64,000 nt of DNA from an uncultured Rhodospirillaceae bacterium. Lineage in GTDB: Bacteria; Pseudomonadota; Alphaproteobacteria; UBA9219. Of the stretch, positions 1 to 10,644 are shown piece after piece. Within the stretch, counting starts at the first letter, position 1. The number at the start of each line of letters is the position of its first letter. A program made the position numbers and the translations under genes. The stretch covers positions 14,872 to 78,871 of the forward strand of contig CAZPKC010000001.1 in NCBI GenBank assembly GCA_964587125.1, read 5' to 3'. Under the pieces are notes generated by a model that saw only the letters and a program-made list of their open reading frames with translations, made no database searches and had not been told where the DNA came from.

Positions 1-863
1 AAAGGCGTGCTGTTGAGATAATCGAGGATGATTTTTTTCCGCGCTTCGCGCGTGTCGGGACCGTCGAGATAGACGCGGAAAGAGGCCGAGGCTATCTGGC
101 GCAATTTTTCCAAGGCGCTGCCGGTTTTTCCCTGAGGCGAGAAGCGGAATTTTTCGATCTGCGTCGCGAGCGTGCTGCCGCCGCCCGCGTTAGCGCCCGG
201 GACAAAAACATGCGCGGCTTGCCCAAAAATGGCGGAAAATAAGCGTCCCCATTCGATAACGGGATTGCGCGTGACGGGGCCGTCTTTCAGCAATTCGCGG
301 TTTTCGATGTAAAGCAGCGTCTCGACGAGCAGCGGAGGAATTTGGTCGAAGCCGGAGAAAATGTGTTGGGGGTACGACGCTGCGTAGATTTTCTCGCCGT
401 TTTTATCGAAGAGCGTCAGTCCCGCCTCCGTTTTGGGGCGGTAGATGGGATAGAGCCCGCGCCGGAGCAGCGTGTCGTAAGCATCGGACGCGTGCATCTG
501 CGCTTGAACCGTGAAAGCGTCGGCTTGCAGCGCCTTGATGTAAAAAGGCAGATAGCTGTAGCCCAACCTTTCGTTATAGGGGCCAGATTTGGGCGTGCGC
601 ATATGCGGGTTCGCGCCTTGCTGCATCGAGAAGAAAAGACGCTGGTCGTACGAGGAAAATCCTTTGGCCTGAACCTCGGACGTGCGCACTTCGTTATTCA
701 TGAGGCTCGCGACGATCACGCAAAGGCACAGAAGTATCGCCGAAGAGAAAATCCAGAGCAGTTCGCTTTTCCAGGACGGCTCTTTTTTCTTCCGCCGGGG
801 ATGTTTGGCTGGCGCAGGCGCGGCTTTTTTTGCGACCTTTTTTATGTCTTTAGAATGTCGCAC
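1..863 (-). CDS. Peptidoglycan glycosyltransferase (GT51) domain protein, PBP1-type or monofunctional; N-terminal part only, gene continues past the left edge
   Basis: Not in the ORF track because no stop lies in the window. Manual reverse-strand translation from ~863 downward gives a basic cytoplasmic tail ([20 protein letters not shown]), a hydrophobic TM helix ([20 protein letters not shown]), then GT51-like motifs ([36 protein letters not shown]). No in-frame ATG precedes the TM helix, so a GTG start at 863-861 is likely; this overlaps the hisS stop by about 20 nt. Confidence 0.5.
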   Translation of the reverse strand, partial: MRHSKDIKKVAKKAAPAPAKHPRRKKKEPSWKSELLWIFSSAILLCLCVIVASLMNNEVRTSEVQAKGFSSYDQRLFFSMQQGANPHMRTPKSGPYNERLGYSYLPFYIKALQADAFTVQAQMHASDAYDTLLRRGLYPIYRPKTEAGLTLFDKNGEKIYAASYPQHIFSGFDQIPPLLVETLLYIENRELLKDGPVTRNPVIEWGRLFSAIFGQAAHVFVPGANAGGGSTLATQIEKFRFSPQGKTGSALEKLRQIASASFRVYLDGPDTREARKKIILDYLNSTP

Positions 864-2197
864 AGCTTTCCAATCAGTTCGGCGCGGAGAACTTCTGTTT
901 GCGTTTTGGAGAACATGTCTTTGACAAGGACGACGCCTTTGGCTTGTTCGTCATGCCCCAAGAGTATAACCACGGGAATGCCCGATTTATCGGCGTATTT
1001 GATCTGCTTGTCGAGCTTGGCGGGTTCGAGCCACGTTTCGACGCGGAATCCTTTCGCGCGCAATTCCGTCGCAAGCGGAAGCGTATAAGCCTGCAATTGC
1101 GGATCGAGTTGGGCGATGAGGATTTGAACCGTCGGCGGCACCGATTTTATGAAATCGTTCAACAATCCGTTCGCGTTCAGTTGGTCGAAAAGGCGCGTGA
1201 GGCCGATGGAAATCCCCACGCCCGGAAGTTTCGATTTCGTATAGTGACCAGCGAGGTCGTCGTAGCGACCGCCGGAACAGACGCTGCCGAATTCTGGATG
1301 CGCGCCGATGTATGTTTCGTAAACGGTTCCCGTGTAATAATCGAGGCCGCGCGCGATAGCGAGATTGAGCCGCGTGCGATTTTCGGGAACGCCGAGAGCG
1401 CGCAAGGCATCGACCGTTTGCGTAACTTCGGCCAATCCTTGCTTGAAGACGGGATCGTCGATCGACAACGCGTTCAGCGACGCCAGAATCTCGTTTTTGT
1501 CGCCCCGATGCGCGATCAGGCGCAGCAAATTCTCGGCATTCGGGCCGGATGCCCCCAGATTTTCTATTTCTTCGCGCACTTTGGCCGCGCCGATTTTGTC
1601 GAGCTTGTCGATTTCGCGTAAAATCAGTTTTTGCTTTTCGTCGTCCTTGATGCCGTATCCGGATAAAATTCCGCGCAGGATTTTCCGGTTGCTGAAGTGG
1701 ATCGTGAAATCGCCGACTTTCAGTTCTTCGAAAATTTGCACGATGATCGCGGGAAGTTCGGCGTCAAAGGCGGGACTGAGCTTATCCTTACCGATGACGT
1801 CGATGTCGCATTGGGCAAATTCGCGGAAGCGTCCGCGCTGCGCGCGCTCCCCCCGATAGACGCGCTGCATCTGATAGCGGCGGAAAGGAAAAGCCAGTTC
1901 GCGCTCGTGCTCGGCCACGTAACGCGCGAGAGGAACCGTGAGGTCGAAACGCAAAGCGAGATCGGCGGCGTTTCCCTGCTGCATATCTCCCGTCGATTGG
2001 ACAAAATAAACCTGCTTTTCGGTTTCTCCGCCCGATTTGGTGAGCAGAACGTCTTTCAGTTCAAAAACCGGCGTCTCGATAGGAATAAATCCGAATTTTT
2101 CGAAGCCTTTGCGGATAACATCGGACATATGCTGGAAAATTCTTTGCTCACGGGGAAGAAGTTCCAGAGTTCCGGAAGGAGTGCGCGGGGTGATCAT
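842..2197 (-). CDS. hisS: Histidine--tRNA ligase
   Basis: 451 aa ORF with class II aaRS HisRS signatures (PSGTLELLP near N-term, [19 protein letters not shown]). Confidence 0.9.
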   Translation of the reverse strand: MITPRTPSGTLELLPREQRIFQHMSDVIRKGFEKFGFIPIETPVFELKDVLLTKSGGETEKQVYFVQSTGDMQQGNAADLALRFDLTVPLARYVAEHERELAFPFRRYQMQRVYRGERAQRGRFREFAQCDIDVIGKDKLSPAFDAELPAIIVQIFEELKVGDFTIHFSNRKILRGILSGYGIKDDEKQKLILREIDKLDKIGAAKVREEIENLGASGPNAENLLRLIAHRGDKNEILASLNALSIDDPVFKQGLAEVTQTVDALRALGVPENRTRLNLAIARGLDYYTGTVYETYIGAHPEFGSVCSGGRYDDLAGHYTKSKLPGVGISIGLTRLFDQLNANGLLNDFIKSVPPTVQILIAQLDPQLQAYTLPLATELRAKGFRVETWLEPAKLDKQIKYADKSGIPVVILLGHDEQAKGVVLVKDMFSKTQTEVLRAELIGKLCDILKT

Positions 2198-2285
2198 CGG
2201 ATCATCGATTCCAAAGTTAAAATAATCGGTGCAGGGGATTATACAGCCCCTTCGGCAAAATTCTTCCTGAAATTTAGCGCGCGAA

Positions 2286-2984
2286 TCACGGCGTCAGACG
2301 GAAGACAAAATCCACGGTGTTTACCGCGAGATTGCATGCCGTTTTGGCCGACGCGAGGTCCCAAGGGAGGGTAAGCGCCGGAACGTGGCTAACCCTTCCT
2401 GTTCCGTTGATATAAACATCGACGAGGCCGGGCAATGCGGTGGGGTTGGAATTTCTAAGCGCAGCCCCGATGCAAGCGTTTCCCGAAGGCAGCAAGGCTT
2501 CGATGGCGAACAGGGGAACGCTCGCGGTACTGGTGGCCGCAGTAAAAGCGCACCCCGTGCTGCCTGTGGCTTTCCATCCGCATACATAAAGCGAATTGTA
2601 GGGGGTGCCCGCAGCCGGAAGGCCTGTGGTGGATTGTTCGCCGAACGGCGAATCTACGACCGAAACGCCCCCGCTGACATGGACAGCATCGCCCGGAAAA
2701 ACGTTGAGAGAGGTCAAGATGGGCATCATCCCCGTCACGGCGCCTACCGTCGGGGTCAAGGTCGTATCGAAATAGGTCTTGCCGACGTAATTTCCGCGGA
2801 TATTTCCGACGATGACATTCAGCATCTCGGAAAATTTTTCTTGTTTGGCGTTGCTGTTTATGTTCGAGGCCAAGGCCCAAACGCCGGAAAGGATTATTCC
2901 GGCAACGCCCAAAACAATGGCAAACTCGGTCAGGCTGAATCCGCGTTTACGTTTGCGTTGCGTTTGGGTCTGTTTCGGATTCAT
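2286..2984 (-). CDS. Type IV (IVb-like) pilin / prepilin-type N-terminal cleavage-methylation domain protein
   Basis: N-terminus [15 protein letters not shown]|[19 protein letters not shown] has a basic leader, Gly-Phe cleavage site, Glu at +5 and a hydrophobic helix, as in type IV pilins. The mature part is Gly/Thr/Ser-rich with 4 Cys. It lies immediately downstream of mreB. Confidence 0.6.
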   Translation of the reverse strand: MNPKQTQTQRKRKRGFSLTEFAIVLGVAGIILSGVWALASNINSNAKQEKFSEMLNVIVGNIRGNYVGKTYFDTTLTPTVGAVTGMMPILTSLNVFPGDAVHVSGGVSVVDSPFGEQSTTGLPAAGTPYNSLYVCGWKATGSTGCAFTAATSTASVPLFAIEALLPSGNACIGAALRNSNPTALPGLVDVYINGTGRVSHVPALTLPWDLASAKTACNLAVNTVDFVFRLTP

Positions 2985-2998
2985 TCCGTTTACCTGAC

Positions 2999-4045
<1,047 letters not shown>

Positions 4046-4267
4046 TTATTACCTACGGCAAGGGAGATTCGTTGCGCAAAGATTGAGAGGAACTTTCTGA
4101 CACCGGAACGTGTTTTTCGCAAGAGGTATCTTGGGGGTGTTTTTTTCCGTGGAAATATTTGGAAAACGGCAGCGTCATGGAATCATCTTATAAATGCCGC
4201 GCCTGATTTTCCATTCCCACCGGAGAAAATTAATCATGAAGACGCGCCGCACTTATTGATAGATATG

Positions 4268-4320
4268 GATGAAAGTATTTTGACCTGTTGACAAAACGAC
4301 ATGAATAACCATGAATAACC
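4268..4320 (+). promoter_or_regulatory. Conserved upstream element copy 1: ATGAAAGTATT block plus TTGACA (-35-like, 4288-4293), followed by tandem direct repeat ATGAATAACC x2 (4301-4320)
   Basis: Shares the ATGAAAGTATT..TTGACA block with 5751-5776 and 6647-6670. A perfect 10-bp tandem repeat follows. It sits ~110 nt upstream of the 4378 start codon. Confidence 0.45.
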
Positions 4321-4377
4321 TTCATGAAGTAATATTTAATTCCCAATTAATAATGGGAGAGTAAGGAGACTGTCATT

Positions 4378-4743
4378 ATGTTATTTGTTGCGCCCGTTCA
4401 AGTTGCGCCCGTTCAAGAAATCCGCGCCCCTGAAATAAAATCAGAAAAGCACCTTCCTGAAAATAACGGAAAGAAAAATCTTCCCCCTGTTCCGCGCAGA
4501 TCGGATTATGCCCGTTTGCAACCTCCAAAGAAGGAACAAGCACTCGTGCAAAAAACCGACACAGGAAGGCGCGGCAAGGCAGAAGATTATTTATATCGTC
4601 CGGAACATCCGTATCACCCCCAAAAAGACAGAACGAGTCCTCTCGCGGAATTAAGCCGTCTCCCAAGAAAAGACCGTACCAACCGGAGGACTCGGGCCAA
4701 AGTCGAAAATTATCTTCGGCAGAAAAGCCTGACCCGTTCTTGA
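4378..4743 (+). CDS. Hypothetical protein (121 aa), basic and Pro/Lys/Arg-rich, low complexity
   Basis: ORF with AAGGAG RBS 8 nt upstream. No recognisable domain. Lower GC than neighbours. Preceded by the CCCAATTAATAATGGG motif. Confidence 0.5.
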   Translation: MLFVAPVQVAPVQEIRAPEIKSEKHLPENNGKKNLPPVPRRSDYARLQPPKKEQALVQKTDTGRRGKAEDYLYRPEHPYHPQKDRTSPLAELSRLPRKDRTNRRTRAKVENYLRQKSLTRS

Positions 4744-4814
4744 TTTAAAACGGGCAAAACGGCGATTTAAGAAATTCGAAAATCCCAATAAATATGGAAA
4801 TTGAGGAGTACATT

Positions 4815-5729
4815 ATGAATAAGACTATTAGCAATCAGGCTTTACACGGGGATTGTCCATCTGCAGACTCTCCCTTCTGGTATGCCCCTGAAATTCTGCC
4901 TGCAAAATACGACGAAGAAGAAGTAAAGGAAGCTTCTCCCGAAGCCCCCAAAGGCAGAAAACATATCCTTCTGGAACACGACAGCGAAGCGGCTCCTCAC
5001 GTTTCTAACTTGTCGAATATCGCCGCCCTCCGCTGGGACATACGCTCTTTCTCCGACATAGACGCGGTTGTCTGCGCGGTATACATCCCCTCCGATCCGG
5101 ACGCTTCGGATGCATCGTCCGATCTTGAGGATGATCCTCTCGATGAGAAAAATCTTCAGGATGATTCTCTCGATGAGGAAGACACGGACCCCCAGGCCCC
5201 GCCCAAAAAGGAACATTACGGTTTTTCCAGCGCAGAGATAAAACAGATTCACGCGCTCAAAAAGATTCTTGAACTGAGCGATCATGCAAACAGTCTCCTT
5301 TCAAAACCGACGGACGAACAAATTGAAATCCCCGGTAATTTCATTCCCGATCATGCAACAAGAATCCCCAACGAAATGATGGGATATGATCTTGCCGAAG
5401 CTGGATTTACCGCTGCGAGCCTTAATATGCTCAAAGACAAAAGCCCTCAGGCGTATAAGCGCCTCGCCTGTTTAATGGATTTCGGCAGGCAAAAATTGTT
5501 GGAAGAGAAGAGGGTCAGAGCCAGCAAACTCGCCGCTGAACAAGCGCGGCGTTACGGCGGCAGAAGTTATGGCCCTGTCGTTCCTGACGCACAAATGCGG
5601 TCCTACAGGGCGTTGAGAAAACTTCCCGCTCCTTCGTCGGGCGCATCAAGAGATTTGGATTCTCTCTTTCCGAAAGGTTTTTCGGCTGATTTAGAGTCGA
5701 GAAGGCCTCAAAAGATATATTCATTATGA
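4815..5729 (+). CDS. Hypothetical protein (~304 aa), strongly acidic and Asp/Glu/Ser-rich, with an internal ~30-nt tandem repeat
   Basis: ORF 4794..5729. The ATG at 4815 is preferred because GAGGAG lies 6 nt upstream, and the 4794 ATG sits inside the CCCAATAAATATGG motif. No recognisable domain. Confidence 0.5.
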   Translation: MNKTISNQALHGDCPSADSPFWYAPEILPAKYDEEEVKEASPEAPKGRKHILLEHDSEAAPHVSNLSNIAALRWDIRSFSDIDAVVCAVYIPSDPDASDASSDLEDDPLDEKNLQDDSLDEEDTDPQAPPKKEHYGFSSAEIKQIHALKKILELSDHANSLLSKPTDEQIEIPGNFIPDHATRIPNEMMGYDLAEAGFTAASLNMLKDKSPQAYKRLACLMDFGRQKLLEEKRVRASKLAAEQARRYGGRSYGPVVPDAQMRSYRALRKLPAPSSGASRDLDSLFPKGFSADLESRRPQKIYSL

Positions 5730-5783
5730 ATAATGTCTTCAATATATACGCATGAAAGTATTAGACTCGCTTGACAAAATGCC
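5716..5783 (+). promoter_or_regulatory. Conserved upstream element copy 2: 17-bp palindrome TTATTCATTATGAATAA-like (5716-5734), ATGAAAGTATT (5752-5762), TTGACA (5771-5776)
   Basis: A ~68-bp block about 94% identical to 6611-6677. The palindrome tattcat-t-atgaata is perfect. It lies ~100 nt upstream of the 5853 start codon. Confidence 0.5.
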
Positions 5784-5852
5784 GCCGATAAACAAATATT
5801 TTTTCATAAATGAACACTAGTGCCCAATAAATATGGGAAGAAGGAGCTTATT

Positions 5853-6533
5853 ATGGTTGAGTCAGTTGTTTTGGATAATGGGTCGGACGTTTCTCATTCT
5901 GATAGACTTACCTTGCTATATAAAATGAAAGATCTGCGCGCTCTGGGCGGATCCGTTGATCCCGTGAAAGATCACAACATAAAATCTAAAGACATTACCA
6001 AAGTTAAAATCGAGTCGGGGAAAGATGTGCCGGAATCTTTCGTTTCCATAACCTATATCCCGCGTAAATCGACCCTCGTTTCCCGTACATACAACGTATT
6101 GAATCATGTGGCCGACGAAACGACTGGCGATGAGCCTGTTGATGCGGTTCAAAGAATTGCCGAAAAGAATGCCGAGACTGAAAAGAGGATTCTTGAGACG
6201 GAAGAAGATATCAATACTTATCCCAAAAAAGAATCGATCGTTGGAAAAGACCCGGAAAAGTGGGTTAAGAAAGACGGGCGCTATGTCCTTCTTAATAAGA
6301 GGGAAGAAGTCCCGCACGAAAATGGGGATGAATACACGCCCGATAAGCTCCGTCGCATGAAGCTCGACCTCGCCAACAAAAGGTTCGCAAAAAATAATCC
6401 TTGCGGAACATCCGATGATTTCAATCTTGGCGCCGCAAGCGAAGAGATAAGGAGCATCCCGACGTTGGATGGATCGGAACGTCCCGTTCCCGAGTTCCTA
6501 TTTGTCGCTTCGGTCAGATCCCAGCAACTATAA
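5853..6533 (+). CDS. Hypothetical protein (~226 aa)
   Basis: ORF 5820(GTG)..6533. The ATG at 5853 is preferred because AAGGAG lies 6 nt upstream. Preceded by the CCCAATAAATATGGG motif. No recognisable domain. Confidence 0.5.
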   Translation: MVESVVLDNGSDVSHSDRLTLLYKMKDLRALGGSVDPVKDHNIKSKDITKVKIESGKDVPESFVSITYIPRKSTLVSRTYNVLNHVADETTGDEPVDAVQRIAEKNAETEKRILETEEDINTYPKKESIVGKDPEKWVKKDGRYVLLNKREEVPHENGDEYTPDKLRRMKLDLANKRFAKNNPCGTSDDFNLGAASEEIRSIPTLDGSERPVPEFLFVASVRSQQL

Positions 6534-6610
6534 AAGCCGATAAGGCGTTTACGGACAAGCTTGATTCGGACGACGCTGAAGTTACGCGTTAAGTTGGTAT
6601 ATGCGCGGGG

Positions 6611-6677
6611 TTATTCATTATGAATAATGTCTTCAATATATACCCATGAAAGCATTAGACTCGCTTGACAGAAGGCC
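6611..6677 (+). promoter_or_regulatory. Conserved upstream element copy 3: palindrome TTATTCATTATGAATAA (6611-6627), ATGAAAGCATT, TTGACA (6665-6670)
   Basis: Near-identical to 5716-5783. It lies ~100 nt upstream of the 6746 start codon. Confidence 0.5.
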
Positions 6678-6745
6678 TTTTTATTAAGAAAGTTATAGCG
6701 ATTAATTTAAATAGTCGTTGCAGATAAAATATGGGGAAAAACGTT

Positions 6746-7132
6746 ATGAAGCCATACAAGTTGGGCAAAGGATTGCCGGATGAAGTCAGGCATGCGGAAA
6801 TTGCCGCCGTTTACGATGAAATATTTTTTAGCAGGCTTGAAAATGAGGGCGTTTTTCCCGCATCGGGATATCCTCAATATTCCGCCGAGCTTCCTCCGGA
6901 AATTACAAATTTCAAACTCCCCTCCGGAAAAGATAAAAAGGCCAAGGCGATCGACACCTATGAGGAAATGCTCGATAGAAACGAGGATGTTGTTTTTCCC
7001 CACGTTAAGTCTCAAACAAGGGAGCTTCCCAAAAAAATTACTTACATTCCTTCTGTTCCTTCCGTTCCTCAAAAGGGGATGACTTTGGGAGACATGCTGA
7101 TAACGAAAGTTAGCCAGTACTTACATTTGTAA
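6746..7132 (+). CDS. Hypothetical protein (~128 aa)
   Basis: ORF 6731..7132. An alternative ATG at 6746 has GGGGA 7 nt upstream. Preceded by the AGATAAAATATGGGG motif. No recognisable domain. Confidence 0.45.
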   Translation: MKPYKLGKGLPDEVRHAEIAAVYDEIFFSRLENEGVFPASGYPQYSAELPPEITNFKLPSGKDKKAKAIDTYEEMLDRNEDVVFPHVKSQTRELPKKITYIPSVPSVPQKGMTLGDMLITKVSQYLHL

Positions 7133-7173
7133 GTAAGACGGAACACAATCGCTTTTTCCTTCGGGCTTCGGCC

Positions 7174-7890
7174 TTACGACGACAACGCCGTTTTTTGCAA
7201 AGCCGCCAGTTCGGCGATGCCTTTTTGCGCGAGACGTAAAAGCGCGTTGAATTGGGATTCGGAAAAAGGCTCCTGCTCCGCCGTGCTTTGAATCTCGACG
7301 ATGCCCCCTGCCCCCGTCAGGACAAAATTCGCGTCGACTTCGGCGTTTGAATCCTCGGCGTAATCGAGATCAAGAACGGGCTCGCCCCTGTAAAGACCGC
7401 AGGAAACAGCCGCGACCGAAGTCGTCAACGGGTTCGCCGTCAAGCGCCCCGTTTTCATCAGATAGCGGCACGCCAATCCCAAGGCAACATATCCGCCCGT
7501 GATCGATGCCGTTCGCGTGCCTCCGTCGGCTTGCAAAACGTCGCAATCGACTTTGATCTGGATTTCGCCCAGAATTTTTCTATCGACCACTGCGCGCAGG
7601 CTGCGCCCAATCAGGCGCTGGATTTCCTGCGTGCGTCCCGATTGTTTGCCTTTGGCCGCTTCGCGGTCGGTGCGTTCCGCCGTCGCGCGCGGAAGCATGC
7701 CGTATTCGGCAGTGACCCAACCCAATCCTGAATTGCGCAAAAAGGGCGGAACTTTTTCATCGACGCTCGCGGTGCACAGCACGTGCGTGTCGCCGAATTT
7801 CACAAGACACGATCCTTCGGCATATTTTGAAAATCCAGGTTCGAGAAAAACGGAACGCATTTGGTCGGAAGACCGGCGGGAGGGGCGCAT
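7174..7890 (-). CDS. rph: Ribonuclease PH
   Basis: The C-terminal 238 aa of the 289-aa ORF align by eye with RNase PH ([14 protein letters not shown]..., [24 protein letters not shown]). The upstream 51 codons are probably a non-coding extension. Confidence 0.9.
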   Translation of the reverse strand: MRPSRRSSDQMRSVFLEPGFSKYAEGSCLVKFGDTHVLCTASVDEKVPPFLRNSGLGWVTAEYGMLPRATAERTDREAAKGKQSGRTQEIQRLIGRSLRAVVDRKILGEIQIKVDCDVLQADGGTRTASITGGYVALGLACRYLMKTGRLTANPLTTSVAAVSCGLYRGEPVLDLDYAEDSNAEVDANFVLTGAGGIVEIQSTAEQEPFSESQFNALLRLAQKGIAELAALQKTALSS

Positions 7891-8057
7891 GAAAAGACCT
7901 GAGGTTCGGGGTTTCAAATTTGAAGATTTGTTAGCACATTCCGCGCCTAAAGGAGCAAACAATGTTTTTTGCGCTCTAGCGGCAAAAATCCGGTTTGTGT
8001 TTTCGGCGGAAGAAAGTAGGCTCTTTTTAATTCTTTTCGTCACGCTCGGAGCCGCAC

Positions 8058-8873
8058 ATGAAGCATTTTCATCTGGCGTTGCAGGGATTTCTTACCGTCG
8101 TTCTGGTTGCGCTCGTGGCGCTGGCGTTTCCGGCGCTTATCGGAAAAACTCAGGAACTCGCGGGTTCGAAAAACGAAGAAGCGTCGCTGCCGACAGTCAG
8201 CGTTTTGTTCCTCGGCAACAGCTATACTTACGTCAACGATCTGCCGGGGATGGTCGGACAAATCGCGTCGTCCGATCCGAACTGCCGCGTGAAACTCGCC
8301 GTTCAGTCGGTGACGCGCGGCAGCGCGCGTCTCAAGGATTTATGGGACGACGGCAAGGCGTTGAAGGTTTTGCGTTCAGAGCCGTGGGATTTCGTCGTGC
8401 TTCAGGAACAAAGCCTGTGGGCCTTGAGCGGCGAACAAATCAAGATCACATTTGATGCGGCTGCCGACTGGAACAGGGAAATACTTAAAGCGTCCGGGCA
8501 TACCGTTCTTTACGGAACTTGGGCGAGGCAGGCGGGGAGTTCGTGGTACAGCGACAAGGAATATCAGGCTTGGAATTTGAAAGACGCCGACACGATGCAA
8601 CGCGCCCTCGACACTCGCACGCGCGAACTGGCGGAACGTTTGGGCGCATCCGCCATTTATGTCGGCGATGCTTGGGACAAGGCGCAGAAATTGCCGTCAC
8701 CGCCCGTTTTGTTCGCCTCGGACGGCAGTCATCCAAGCCCTGCCGGAACTTATTTGGCGGCGTTGCTTTTTTATCGCCATTTTACGGGGAGCAAACTCGA
8801 TTCCGTCCGCTTTATTCCTTCCGGCGTGACGCCGGAGCAAGCCAGAGAACTTGTCGCTCTGGCGGCGGAATAG
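8058..8873 (+). CDS. SGNH/GDSL-type hydrolase family protein with N-terminal signal/TM segment
   Basis: LFLGNSYTY (GNS block) and DGSHPS (catalytic Asp/His block) are typical of the SGNH fold. An N-terminal hydrophobic segment is present. Confidence 0.5.
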   Translation: MKHFHLALQGFLTVVLVALVALAFPALIGKTQELAGSKNEEASLPTVSVLFLGNSYTYVNDLPGMVGQIASSDPNCRVKLAVQSVTRGSARLKDLWDDGKALKVLRSEPWDFVVLQEQSLWALSGEQIKITFDAAADWNREILKASGHTVLYGTWARQAGSSWYSDKEYQAWNLKDADTMQRALDTRTRELAERLGASAIYVGDAWDKAQKLPSPPVLFASDGSHPSPAGTYLAALLFYRHFTGSKLDSVRFIPSGVTPEQARELVALAAE

Positions 8874-8886
8874 ATCGCCCAATTGA

Positions 8887-10194
8887 TTATGGTTCTACCG
8901 TCAAACAGCTCTTGCCGTGCTGGACGAGATACGAGCAAATGGCTTGCGCGGTTTTCTTGTCGAGAGACATCAGGCGCGCGCGGTACATGACCGTGCCGCC
9001 TCCCGCCGCGAACCTTTGCACCTGCGGATCGGGCTTGGAAGGCAAACCGGATATGCTGGAAACAAGGGAGGTAAGCGCCTGACGGCCAATCGCGGGATTG
9101 CTGTACGCGCCGATTTGCACGCCCCACGTGCCGCCTCCCGCCCGCGTCTGTTTCGGCTGACCTGCGGCAGGGGCAAGCTCCTGCAACGCTTGGGAAGAAG
9201 AAGCTTGTTCCTCGGAAGCGCCGCCGGACGGAAAAACGACAGCGACCTTTGCAGGCAAAACGACTTCTCCTTCGCTGTCGCTGTCGGCGCTGTCGCCTTC
9301 GCCCTTCGCCGAGGCGAAGTGCTGCGGATGCGTGTCGTCGTCCGCATCGGCAAAGCTTTGATCGAGAAGCTGAGCCATGTGATTATCCCGCGCGATGGCC
9401 GAACGCCCGCCAAAAACAACGGCGACGAGGCGCGTGTCGCCGCGCTTGGCCGACGCGACAAGATTAAATCCAGACGTGCGGATGTAGCCGGTCTTGATTC
9501 CGTCCATTCCGTCGTAACGGTCCATCAAATGGTTATGGTTGTGATGGTAAATTCCAGCGTAGGCAAAACTGTCGTGGGAAAAATAGGGATAGTATTCGGG
9601 ATAGTGGTTGATAAGCGCCGCTCCCAAAATCGCCATATCGTGCGCGGTCGTGACCTGATAGGGGTTCGGCAGGCCGGACGGATTGCAAAAACGCGTCCTT
9701 GTCATGCCGAGCGCCCGTGCTTGACGCGTCATCATTTCCGCAAAGGCGGATTCGCTGCCGCCTAAATTTTCCGCCAGAACCACGGCGGCGTCGTTCGCGG
9801 ATTCCGTGATGACGCCCAAAATCGCGTCCTCGACGCGGATGCGCTGCCCCGCGCGCAGGCCGAGCTTCGACGGCGATTGATAGGATGCGTTTTCGGACAC
9901 GCGCAGGTATTCGCCGAGGGTTAAACGTTCCGACTCCAACGCCTGAAAAGTCAGATAAAGCGTCATCATTTTCGTCAGCGAGGCCGGATGGCGTAAATCG
10001 TCCGAATTCGTCTCGTGGATGATTTCTCCCGATTCCGCGTCGATGACGATGTCGGCGTAACCCGCGCTTCTATCGACCGCCGCATGGACATGATGATGCC
10101 CATGATGATGGGGCCGCTTTTTGGCCAGCGCCTCCCCCGGGCTTAACGCCAGAGCCAACACGGCAAGACACATGATTATTTTGCTTATTCTCAT
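8887..10194 (-). CDS. D-alanyl-D-alanine carboxypeptidase (PBP5/6 class) with C-terminal SPOR domain
   Basis: Signal peptide, His-rich stretch (KKRPHHHGHHHVH), SxxK (ASLTKMMT), SGN and KTG motifs, a Pro/Ala-rich linker, then a SPOR-like C-terminus (WGVQIGAYSNPAIGRQAL...). Confidence 0.8.
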   Translation of the reverse strand: MRISKIIMCLAVLALALSPGEALAKKRPHHHGHHHVHAAVDRSAGYADIVIDAESGEIIHETNSDDLRHPASLTKMMTLYLTFQALESERLTLGEYLRVSENASYQSPSKLGLRAGQRIRVEDAILGVITESANDAAVVLAENLGGSESAFAEMMTRQARALGMTRTRFCNPSGLPNPYQVTTAHDMAILGAALINHYPEYYPYFSHDSFAYAGIYHHNHNHLMDRYDGMDGIKTGYIRTSGFNLVASAKRGDTRLVAVVFGGRSAIARDNHMAQLLDQSFADADDDTHPQHFASAKGEGDSADSDSEGEVVLPAKVAVVFPSGGASEEQASSSQALQELAPAAGQPKQTRAGGGTWGVQIGAYSNPAIGRQALTSLVSSISGLPSKPDPQVQRFAAGGGTVMYRARLMSLDKKTAQAICSYLVQHGKSCLTVEP

Positions 10195-10387
10195 TGGAAA
10201 CCGTCACGCATTTTCGTCGATTCGATGGGAACTTTCATAAGAATCCAAATCGCAGGGCGAATGCAAGCACCTTTTTTCCACAAGACAAAAACAGGAACGC
10301 TGGACTTCGGCGATTTTAACGCGTAATTATTAACCAAATCTAACTCGGCGGTTATCTCGTTCACTTTTAACTCGGAGGGATCGTGCC

Positions 10388-10636
10388 ATGAACTTGAATA
10401 AGAACACGTGTAAGTGCGAGCGCCTTGTTCGCATCGTTGTCGGGCTTGCGATCGCATCGCTGGCTTTCTGGGGACCGAGCAGCCCGTGGTTTCTTTTGGG
10501 ACTGATCCTCGTCGTCGTCGGCGCGGGTGGATGGTGTCCCCTTTACACGCTCTTGGGGATCGACAGGTCCAAATCCTGCAAGTGCTCATGCTGCTGTAAA
10601 GGCAAGACCGAGGACAAAGAAAAGCCCCAAGTCTAG
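10388..10636 (+). CDS. DUF2892 (YgaP-like) small inner-membrane protein
   Basis: 82 aa, two TM helices, GWCPLY motif characteristic of DUF2892. Cys-rich C-terminus. Confidence 0.55.
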   Translation: MNLNKNTCKCERLVRIVVGLAIASLAFWGPSSPWFLLGLILVVVGAGGWCPLYTLLGIDRSKSCKCSCCCKGKTEDKEKPQV

Positions 10637-10644
10637 CTAAGACT

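Noticed and set aside
342-1088. 248-aa plus-strand ORF at the left edge
   Set aside because: It lies antisense to the GT51 gene and the hisS 3' end and has no motifs. It is a typical high-GC antisense artefact.
4301-4320. Tandem ATGAATAACC ATGAATAACC considered as a CRISPR or array seed
   Set aside because: There are only two adjacent 10-bp units with no spacers and no cas genes. It is better explained as a transcription-factor direct-repeat site.
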